DNA of 63,287 nucleotides, filler included, from Asterionella formosa (lineage: Eukaryota): assembly GCA_002256025.1 (NCBI GenBank). It is 17 parts of 17 records of this genome, joined end to end, with 100 filler letters (N's around TTAATTAATTAA, not from the genome) between each part and the next. Parts side by side here need not be neighbours in the genome. Positions count along the whole stretch, not along the records: positions 1 to 21,092 come from NKIB01003114.1; positions 21,193 to 42,251 come from NKIB01003119.1; 15 more parts are not named here. One strand, given 5' to 3'. The position numbers and the translations under genes were made by a program. Below, piece by piece: positions 13,010 through 23,359 of this stretch; positions within the stretch are counted from its first letter, which is position 1, and each line of letters begins with the position of its first letter. The notes beneath the pieces are model-generated. The model was not told the origin of the DNA. It did not search any database and was given only the letters and a program-made list of their open reading frames with translations.

Positions 13010-13650
13010 TGTACAACGCAAGTCTGGCTTCTGAACAGGATTACCAGCAAGCTACGATGAAGCAATGGCTGGATCAGACCAGAAAGAGTGGATCAAGGCA
13101 ATTAACAAAGAACATGAAATCTTCCAGTCAAGGAGAGGAGTGTGGAAAGTTGTCAAGCATGACACTGTCAAGAAACAAACAATTAAAACAAGATGGGTGT
13201 TCCGGATTAAATAAGATGTGTTATCCGGGAAGACCATTTACAAGGCAAGATTGGTCATGAAGGGATACAAGCAAATCCCATGAGTCGATTTTACTGAGAC
13301 CTTTGCTCCTGTCACAAGTAATGCGACAATAAAAACAGCACTCACAGTAATAACATACAATGGCTGGTGGCAAGCTGAGGCAATTGATGTGGAAGCAGCA
13401 TTCCTGAATTCTGATGCTGACGAAGACATTTTTATTGAAACCCCTCAAGGTTTAAACTTAGTTGATTCTGATACACATGTTTGCAAGCTTATGAAGGCTG
13501 TGTATGGGATAGTGCAAGCCCCACGATGCTGGTCCAAGATGTTTGCATAATGTGTCACCAATCAATCAGGTATGACGACGAGAAACATTGACCCTATGTT
13601 ATTTATATGCCGGAGCAAGAATGGACAAATTGATGTTCTACTTGTTAAAT
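13010..13650 (+). mobile_element. Degenerate Ty1/Copia reverse transcriptase (RVT_2) fragment
   Basis: Plus strand reads LPASYDEAM..EWIKAINKE..IKTRWVF..ARLVMKGYKQIP*VDFTETFAPV..IDVEAAFLN..KLMKAVYGIVQAPRCW, with stops and frameshifts. It is truncated before YVDD. Confidence 0.9.
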
Positions 13651-14994
13651 GATGATAATGACGGGATTATATGTGGAATTCCATCAATGATACCCACAAA
13701 AGTGACTGATGGCATGCCCCCACCATCTCAGATTATTCAACCGTTTGAAGCAAAGGTGGGCAAAACAAGAATGATAGGAGAGATAAATGTAAACAAAACG
13801 CCCTCGATCGAGGAGTTCTTGGGTCTACGAAACTGTGCTAACTGCAGAATCGACATCAAACACGGTGGCAAGGACGAAAATTTCAGAGGAACGTTTGTTT
13901 GCACTGCTTCAAAAGCATAATCAAACCGAGAAAACGGTTCAGAACCTCGACACCACTATGATTAAGCTGTTGTCACTCCAAGAAATGGCCTCAGTACAAG
14001 AAGCTAAAACTTCGAGGACTGTTGATAGCTTAGTTCTACAGGTTACTCATACCAAGACCACTATTGCTACTTTGGTCCAGGAACTGTCCCAACAGGGTCT
14101 GCTTGGGGTTTTCGAGCCGCTTCCATCATCGAGAACACAAAACCCTAAGAATCTCCCTAATCAGCCAGTATCTCCATGCAACACTGCTACTCTACAGGAA
14201 AACCAGGTCAGGTTATCTGCTTCAGTTAGTCCAAGAATGTCATCCCTGCTGGCAAAGGCAATCAAGCCCCCAGTAAATCCCTGGCAAATTCCTCGCTCCT
14301 AAAGGCAGAAATAGGAAAATTGCAGCTCCAAAGGCATCAGGAGAGGACAGTAGCCCCCCAGGTTCACCATCAAGATATGCATCTCTTGCTGATAAGGATG
14401 ATAATGACAAGAATAAATTGTTAAGTAAATTTTATAGTACACTATTGTTAAAGAACTCGACAATTGTGAAGGTTGTGAAGTCGCACTTGGCCCCCCAGAG
14501 GGCCTTAGACCGCCTACTTGTTGTCTGCCTCACCACCCGGAACCCAAGGGACTACGTAAAAAAGGCAGGTGGAAAATGCGGGAATCTAACCCACCACCTT
14601 GGAAGGTGAGCTAACCAACAAAGCTATTCCCTAGATGACGACAAGGATATATATGGAGCCCCGCCCACATTGTCAAATATGGAAGTAGAAGGTTTGGTAA
14701 CAATAGAGGCAACAGGAGGTGACCCTTCCTCCAGTGACCAGCCGCTTATTCAACCCAACGTCGAGGAGTTGGAACCAATGAACATGGAGTAGGAGGAGGA
14801 AAGCATTTTAGAGGAAAGCGGCAAGTGTTCAAACCCAAATCATAAGGCGGATAAATGTTAGCGAAACGCAACAATATCCCTCAGAAACCTCGGTTTCTGG
14901 ACATCGATAATGGAAACACAGCTCACACTCCCCTACAGATCCAGCACACCACTGGACGAAATTACTTAGTCCCTTCAGCCACCAAGGTTCATTA

Positions 14995-16012
14995 CACTTT
15001 TTGCATAAAAGCGTCCGAAAATGCATAATGAGTTAGTTGGGGGAACTCGGGATTACTTTCTTTTGACTAAATTTGTAGCAATTCAATATATTTATTTCTA
15101 TCAATGATAGAAACTTTTCCAAACTAAATTTTCAATGACTCTTTTTACTTAGTATACGTCTGCATTGAAAATCGAAACATAATTATAAATTTGTATTACT
15201 GTACATTTTATCAAGCAATCGGATGCATAGTAATGTATCAGATGTACTTGCGTTTTCGACATAAAAGACATCATACATAAAACAAACCTTGTATATACTT
15301 TGTACATTCCGTATAAAGAGCTACATATATTATATATGCTTGGCATACATACTACTGGGTACTAACAGTACTTGCATGTCTGTTTGTACAGCTGCCTGTG
15401 GTATGGGGTTGATGAGACAGCAACTCCATCTTGACCATGACGAAATTATGGATTTGAATTTCTTCACAAATATTGACAATGAACAATTCCTATTTCGCAC
15501 GTGTATGTAGACTAACATAGACGAGAATATCGTTCAATTATAAAAAAATTTGTAATAGTATTGACAACAAAAAGTTGAATTCAGGGCTGGAAGCTGTTGT
15601 TTTTGGTCGTCAGTTGCTTAGTTTTGAAGATATGACCAACAAAGAGAGAGTTTTGAGTCCGCTGTGATTAGCTTGATAACTTTGACTAGATAACAACCTT
15701 TTCTATGTTTTGTAGAAATAGATGAGAAAACTTGAGTAACAGTGTTCTTGGAGAGGGTACAACATTTCAAGAGGCAAGAAATTCCTCTACATCAATTTTG
15801 TAGTGAGTTTCATGTAAGCACTAATTGTCCTGGTCCATATTTCTATGGAATCGTGATACGGTCATTTGACAGTTTACTATAGACATACTTTCAGCCATTC
15901 AACAATACACTGCTTGTTCTTTATGCGAATAAAAACTTCACATTGCAGAAATGATCACAAACTCCCCTGACTGACGGTTTATGCATTTTCGGACACTTTT
16001 ATGCAAAAATTG
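14995..16012. mobile_element. Non-autonomous TIR DNA transposon (Tc1/mariner-like MITE), 1018 bp
   Basis: 34-bp TIRs, CACTTTTTGCATAAAAGCGTCCGAAAATGCATAA versus the reverse complement CAATTTTTGCATAAAAGTGTCCGAAAATGCATAA (2 mismatches). TA lies immediately outside both ends. No long internal ORF. Confidence 0.8.
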
Positions 16013-16334
16013 TATTTTTTCCAGCCACCAACTCTGCCCAATAAGACCAACCCAGGCCAAATGGTCCACCCATCATATTCCCCCCAAAAATAAGGACCAG
16101 TCACACTAGGAGACCAGACCTTATGGACAATCCATCTCATGAATGCAACCCTGTAGTTCAGCTAGATTACAAGGAATTATTAATCTGGGGCATGAAAGAT
16201 CTACTATATAATGTGAGCCAAAGGTTCATATATCCCTTTCGATCTAATAGCAAACATAATCAGCAATGTGGTGATAGATACATTTTAAATAATTAGGTAG
16301 GGTTGAGCCAGCACCAGGCTTGCTGCTGAATACA

Positions 16335-17450
16335 TCACATTCTTTGATTGTAGAGTTTGTAAAACAAACCTCCCAATGCTTTATACCAGAGATACTTCAG
16401 GTGCACACGATCATTATGGGGGAAATTCTTGGATGCCTCTTCAACATCAACAATGGTTGTCTTGCTTTGAAATTGAGGAGATTTACTCAGCATTTGAGAT
16501 ACAACCCTATTCCAATTTCGTATTCGTGGATTTGTTTGGTTAGGACAAAAAGGTTCAATTTTATCATCTCTTAGCAAAGTTGAATGAACCCAAACAAAGT
16601 GAGCACAAACTGGATCCAAAAGTGAAAAATACCACATGATATTCTCGTAGAATTTTAAATCAGTGAGTGTTAGTAGTGCCATATCATGTAACCCAACATT
16701 GAGAATACAGACAGTTTCCTGCCCAGTTATCTTTTCCATCTTCATCCTTTTCTTCAATGACAAGACTACATTTTCCTGTGTAGTGTTGTACTCCCGGGAT
16801 TGAAGTTCAACATCTCGTGCAAATTCCACGCCATAAAAACTTGGCATCTTGTTGGATGGATTATTACAGTTCCAAATGTTGGTAAAGCATGTACTGCAGT
16901 CCATACAGTTTGGGAACTTTACACCATTTGTTTTCGGTCCCTCAAACTCACTTGGTGGAACCCACGACCAGTTCTCTTTTATAGACAATCCATAAAACTC
17001 ATTGTTCTTACACCGTGATGCCTTGGAACTGGTGCAGTTAATGCCCTTACTTTTCAGATGATTGAGGCAAGTTTCAGCCATGTGCTTGAAAGTGCCAGCC
17101 ATTGTTGAATCTCCAAATATATCCACTCGCGGATTCTTTTTACAAATTTGAGTCGTTTTGACAGGAGAGATAGGCATGGCTGTTCCAAGGTAGGTGACCA
17201 TGTACAATCAATGGATAAATTCATGACATCTTTCTTTCGGAACAATGCTGTCTGATGTGAGGGGTGTAATGTCATTTCCTTGTTGCTTACATTTGATAGG
17301 AGGGTCAATGCAGAAATTTGGGTGTTGATGGAAGCAGTGGATGATATTGGACCAAGCATTTGGAAATGACGGAATAGGAACACATAAGTAAACGCAAGCA
17401 ATAGCGCAAGGAAGCAAGTAAATTGTCGAGATGGTTTCAAGCACATTCTG
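16335..17450 (-). CDS. SGNH-hydrolase/PC-esterase-like type II membrane protein carrying a 1-nt frameshift at ~17118
   Basis: Motifs FGDST (block I), LNVGLHD (block III) and DRVH (DxxH). The TM/stem (..FLALLLAFTYVFLF..KRIREWIY) is in another frame; adding one T gives REWIYFGDSTM. Confidence 0.7.
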
Positions 17451-18190
17451 CTGATCTTGACTTGTAATGTTGTCCTCTCGCTACTCTTAGTAGTATATTG
17501 ACGATTTTCATGCCATGCCATCAAACACGGAAATATCAATAGAATCATTGCAGTACTTGCAATACAAATTGCCAGAACCACATCCAAACCATCACCATAA
17601 CTGTCATTGTTTGTTTTTGTTGTATAAAGATTTGGATTAATTTTTGCACTTACATCAACAACGGTTAATCCTAATCCACTTGCTGCACCATTTTCATTTG
17701 TAAAACTTGTTAACAACCGTGGTCGCGCTGTAGCTAAGCATGATACTTCATATCCAGCCACTGTTGTTGCATCTGGAATAGTTGTAGCATTGATATTGTT
17801 CTTCCAAAAGGAAACTCCCTTGAATGTCGTTTTATAAAGATTTTTTGTCGTCAATTTTTGTCTTGATTCAATATTGTGGATTGGTTCCAAAATTATTTGT
17901 TCCAATACATGCAACGACGAACTGATGTTTTGAATATAAACTGTCAAATCTTTTGTTACCAATGTTGTAACCCTTTTAGTATCAACTGTAGTCACTCTAT
18001 TTTTACTATCAGTAACAAGAACAATGGAAACATCAAATGGAATGAGATTTACCAATTGAGATAACGATTGGCTAGTAGTAGCAGCAGTTGTCAACGTGGA
18101 AAAGGAAACAATAATAAGGAATATTAAAAGAAATTGTCGTTGTACAACTGACTGCTGCGTCTTGTTGTTGATGATGCTGGCTCTTGTCAT
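17450..18190 (-). CDS. Signal/TM-bearing single-pass membrane protein segment, in frame with the SGNH N-terminus; start codon uncertain
   Basis: Part of ORF 17054..18517: hydrophobic FLLIFLIIVSFSTL, a luminal domain, then the TM GLDVVLAICIASTAMILLIFPCLMAW. Confidence 0.45.
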
Positions 18191-18447
18191 GATGATGATA
18201 GCAAAGACCTCATTAATGTTTGTGGAATAGAGAGAGAGAAAGAGTGAGAGGAAAGAAAGAAACGCCACAAGGAACTGTTGTGGCTTCATCTGATAACGAA
18301 AACTACCTATAAAATTTGCGAGTCTTGTTTGTTGTTTATTCTTGTCATTACGTCCTGATGCATGAGCATGATTCCTGAAGGCATACAGCAGTACACGCCC
18401 GAGGTGGTCTCTTGTCAGCGAGTATACATGTGTTCGAGGCTGGGTGG

Positions 18448-18547
18448 CGCGAGTAGGTTGACCGTACAAGTGGCGCCCCCGGCGTCGCGAGTAGGTTGAC
18501 CGTACGAGTGGCGCCACCGGCGTCGCGAGAAGGTCACCCTACGAGTG
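18448..18547. repeat. GC-rich 38-bp tandem repeat, ~2.6 copies
   Basis: Unit CGCGAGTAGGTTGACCGTACRAGTGGCGCCMCCGGCGT. Confidence 0.9.
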
Positions 18548-19190
18548 CCATCCAAGCCGAGTACACATGATGTGTACGAGAATGCAAGTAGCCACCAAGA
18601 AGAGTGTTGTTGAGGCAATTCACAAACCAGCTATCGTGGCGCCAATCGCTTACCTACTGCCCACAAATAATGCATAAATGTCAATTTTAGCCTACTATTG
18701 CCCATCATACGAAGTATATTTCGTGTATTTCCTATATTCACCTCGTAAATTGCCAAAGGTCCGATATTGCCCATCATAAACATTTGTTTTTAATATTTCC
18801 TATCTTCGCATTTTGGCAAGAAAACAGACGCCAGAAGCGTGGAAAAATGGGGAGAATGTAGGAGATCCTCGTACATTTTTGGGGAGAAATTCTCCCCTTT
18901 TTTCTGCGCTGACGTTTATTCCCCTCTAGCTTTTAACACGTATGTTTTCTGCGGCCCCGTCAGCAGCGGCTTTTTGGGGAGACATTTCTCCCCAAAAACA
19001 TGTAGAAACAGCGTTCAATTTTGTACCATCGTAGGACTCGTATTGACAGTACATGCATGATATCTACTGCTAATAGCTGTACCGGTAGTACTAGGGGTTC
19101 CGAGGACTCAGTCAATTATGAACATCAATTGAGAACAACAACAATCAACAATATACCTATGGAAGCTACCCACTGCCACATCAAAACATC

Positions 19191-21092
19191 ATGTCAGACA
19201 ATGAAGAAATAGTTTGTGCATCTCAAGAGAGATGCATGGTGAAGGAGCTTCCAAGGTCAACTGCACATAACTGCCCGGGATGTGGGTATAGCATTCACGC
19301 ACTTTGCGGTCATTTGCATGAAGAAGCAGATATTCAGTTCAAAACAACATGCTTCCATTGCTATGAAAAGTTCGGTCGCGCCCTGATGGATCCAGATGAT
19401 GCAACTGCATTGCAACAACTACAACAAGATGAAGAGAGGAGACATGATTCCAATCAAGGACAAGAGGAGGGCATGGTAGTACTTGCACATGTCAATATAT
19501 CGGATAGCATTTTACCACCAGAGATTGACAAACAAGGCAGCACTAGTATTAGAGAACATGATACACGAAAAGCGAAGAAGGAAGCAAATAAAATGAAGTC
19601 CTTACAGCTCATGAATTTAGCAAATATCAGAGGGAACACAAGAGCAAAATCAACAATGAGCCAGCACCAGTCTGAACATGAAGTCTTTCTGTTATATCTT
19701 TATAAACATGAGGACCAGCTACTAGGACCGGAGATGCTAGCGCAAATCAGATATATCACTGATGATATTGACAAACATTCCCATTCATATGAAGAAAACA
19801 AGATCAGTGATACACAGTTTTCTTGAAAGGGAAGTCTGTACAGGATTGCATCCAATTAAATTTGAGGACTTAAAGCCTACAGACTTCGCAAAGTATCTTG
19901 GGACCCTCAGTAATCCAGTGACAGGCTGTCTACTTAGTCAGAAGATGTATAAAAACAAGAAAACATCACTTTACAACCTGTTTAAGAAGTATAAGATGAA
20001 GGTTACAGACGACTTTGATGATGAGCTGAAAGATCTCATTGCTGGCGTCAAACGAATTGCAAGTAAGGCAAAACAAGATGGGATGGGTAGCGTTGAGGAA
20101 GTAAAACGTGAATTGACAATCGACCTGTACCGAAAAATAAACATATGGTTGATTGAAGATGGCTCTCCATCAGCTGTTTTTGCACGTGAGGTTGTTACAT
20201 GGACATGAAGGCGATCTAGATGGATATGAGGTGGAGGATATTGGTACTCACAGCATCAGGAAGGGTGCAACAACATATGCATCGAGTGGCTCTACAGCAA
20301 GTCCATCAAGTGTAGCAATCAACAATCGAGGTGGTTGGACATTAGGCACTGTGCGAGATGTCTATATGCTTTACGAAAAGGCAGGTGACCACTATGTTGG
20401 TCGAATATTGGCTGGATTGCCAGTGCTATCTGCTCGTTTTGCGGTTTCAGAACCAAACTTTTGGATTCGAAACCCCAATGATGCAAATGCACGAGTAAAG
20501 CAAACAGAGCTTGATGGAAAAGTGATTATGGCTTTACGTTCCCTGTTTGGTGATGTGATTCACCGGCAAGTTATGGTGCTTCCATTTCTTCGTGTTGGAC
20601 TAGCATGTATCCTGCACCACAGAAAACATCTCCAACAACTTTGTACTGACAAGTCGGCAGTGAGTAAGACTGCTATCTACACATCAAGGGAGTTTTTGGC
20701 ACTTGATGAACATATTGTTGTTCGATATCTTTCATGTGAGGAAGAATCCTCATTTGCTGTGAAGTTAACAGGTATACCTCCTCATGTTGCCCATCTTGCA
20801 GCCATCAGGAGCATGAGAGGCGAACTCCAGGCACTTGGACCATCACTGCTAAAGGAATTCGAAAATGTGCTTGATGATCGGACATTTGGAGGTGTATTGT
20901 CGGAGTCTCGAATGGTTCAGTTAATTCAGAAGGTTGTTGGATCAAACCTAGAGGGAATTAAGGACCAGTTGAATGGAATGAGGAATGAAATGATGATAAA
21001 CAATGAACACAATGGTGCTGACAAAGTTGACACATCCAGGCAGTCTTCATTTGAATCACAATTGTTCTTGCATCCACACGATGGAATATTAC
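19191..21092 (+). mobile_element. Decayed Crypton-type (CryptonS-like) tyrosine-recombinase transposon ORF with an N-terminal Cys/His zinc finger
   Basis: IGTHSIRKGATTY..NRGGWTLGTVRDVYMLYEKAGDHYVGRILAGL supplies the HxxR, W and Y residues of the YR/NDC10-II fold. The N-terminus has C..C..HNCPGC..HALC..CFHC. The ORF is split over three frames and cut by the contig end. Confidence 0.8.
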
Positions 21093-21192
21093 NNNNNNNN
21101 NNNNNNNNNNNNNNNNNNNNNNNNNNNNNNNNNNNNTTAATTAATTAANNNNNNNNNNNNNNNNNNNNNNNNNNNNNNNNNNNNNNNNNNNN
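21093..21192. other. Artificial contig linker N44-TTAATTAATTAA-N44 (first of 16; the rest start at 42252 and recur about every 1.4 kb)
   Basis: An identical 100-bp spacer with stop codons in all six frames. Confidence 0.98.
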
Positions 21193-22091
21193 GGCAAAGA
21201 TAGACAAAGATAATAGCATCTGTGTTACAAGAAATACACTATCAGCAGTTCCAAAGCTTCTTACTTAGGTAATTCATCTGAATGGGAGGAGAAATTTGTT
21301 CCATTGAAGAGGCAGCTGGGAAGTGGAAGTCAGGGTTGTGATGATCAATATTTTCGAGATGGTCACAGGACTGTGACATAACCGATCAGTAGTTCGCCTC
21401 GACTATTAAGTAAAGAAGTTGCTCTAATTACTACTTTTGATTCCACCTATATAAGTACTATGACTAGTGTAGGAGAAGAATGGAAGTCACGAAACTGGAG
21501 AAGAAAAACTAGAGATGAAGGTGTCGGAAAGAAGCAGCAACTACTAGATGGGTTATACTGTAGAAGGAGGGAATTGAGGAATGTGGTATTCATATTGCAG
21601 TTGTTGAATAATTATGCTGTAAGTGGAATGATATGTACCTTACTTCCGGTATTTACATATCCTTGGGAACGAATTATTACACTTTACGATAGTCCAGAGT
21701 CAAGACCTAGTTCATATCTATCCAAGAAGCATTCGGATCTCAAGGCGCAGAGAGGCAGGGGCGATGTGAGAAATCATAGCTGAACTACAGATTGTTACTG
21801 GTCACCGATGGCATCACATCTAAAATCGTTGATTCAATATACTAGATCACATATATTGTACCAGTATGTATATCCAAAGTGATTCTAACCCATAATGGTG
21901 AAAGTAGCAAGCTGTACAAGGCATGAGCTTTCTACTAGTACTGCCCTGTGGGCAGGTAGATTTTTAGCTTATTGCGGCAGGATTATTCATCCAACAATAC
22001 TCTGACTATGCATGAATAGTATTGTTCCTTGTCCACTGCATTATTCAAGTTCATTCACGTTCATACCATTCCAACTCAAGCTAAGCAACTC

Positions 22092-22576
22092 TTATTTTTT
22101 GTTCTTGCTACGCTTTCCAGAACCCTTCTTGGGTGGTCCCTTACCTCGACGTCGTAGCACCTCCAGTTTTGCTGCTCGTCTTTGTTGCTGGGGCATCATC
22201 AATCCAGGAGTAGCCTATATATGTAATGTATATATATATTATTGTTAATATGTAATGGTGAAAAAGGAAAAACAACATTTATTTGGTGTGAGCGAAAAAT
22301 TAAAATGAACTTTGGTTTCATTACATTTGCATAGTAGATATATAGATATAGATACAGATATATAAATACACTTACAAGTCTAGCAGCTTTTTCAATAGGC
22401 TCAAGGTAATATCGTGCAATATAATATCCGGTGTTTGTCTTTCGAAGTTGGTTGGCTCCTGTTTTGACGTTGAGAATTGGCAGTTGACCAAAAATGTCGC
22501 CTCGAAGCTCTTGAAGTTGGAATTTTGGAAGCTTGGCAACGATCTTCCTAACAGTGTTGAGGCCAGGGAAGGACAT
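22092..22576 (-). CDS. MRPS33: Mitochondrial ribosomal small-subunit protein mS33 (Rsm27/MRPS33); 2 exons (22576-22376, 22214-22092), 107 aa
   Basis: The spliced product is ..ELRGDIFGQLP..KTGANQLRK..ARYY../ATPGLMMPQQQRRAAKLEVLRRRGKGPPKKGSGKRSKNKK*. The phase-0 intron is GTAAGT..ATAG. Confidence 0.85.
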
Positions 22577-23359
22577 GATTGTTTGCAGGTACAATATGTA
22601 GTTGCTGCAGTATAATGTGAACAAGCACAGCGATGATGGCGAGTGAAATAAGAGGTCAATTGGGATTGTCACAATGTCGGAAAGTAACAATTGCGTCTCA
22701 GCGACAACGAGCGGCATAACAAAAGGTGCCGCTGGTGACATACCACATAAACCGATATCCGGTATATAGTAATACAGGATGTCTATTTTAATATACCAGC
22801 AATAGTTAGAATTTCATAATCAAGCAAAAGTTATCGTTATTATTAAATATAGCTAGTCTGGCAATGAGTGTTCACCGATATATTTATTACCCCGGCGGAG
22901 TATATGATACTACGTGGTGGTGGTACCTGGTACTCGGAGTAGACTACTACTAACGGTACCTAGTACCGGTAGTTGCATTCAGTGAGCAAAACAAAAGGGA
23001 ATCCAGAATCCTAATGTAGAGATATGCTTGGCTTGATTCGAAAATTTCATTCGAGTCAGCAATGATACGGTACTGGTACCAGGTACCCACCCGTACCTGG
23101 GACATTCATTCAGGTGGAAGTTACAAGGAACAATAGGGGGCGGAGAATCACCAATCTGAAATAAAACCGTCGATGATGCGTGTCGTATGACAGTGTATAC
23201 GGTACATCCAGTTAGTAGACTACCGGTATACGGTATTTGTATTGCTTGTTTACAAAAAAACCCTTTATGTAATGTTGTATTACTATTGAGTAGCTGCTCA
23301 AAAGCTTGAATGAACTTGAGAATTGGCCCTTTGTCAGCTTGTACTCCACCAGATTGTGG

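Noticed and set aside
13835..14302. 155-aa coiled-coil/Pro-rich ORF as a host gene
   Set aside because: No recognisable motif, and the flanking frames are broken by stops. Probably a decayed TE ORF, but unassignable.
21372..21818. Solo LTR (TGTGA..TCACA)
   Set aside because: Only a 5-bp terminal match, no TSD and no second copy in the window.
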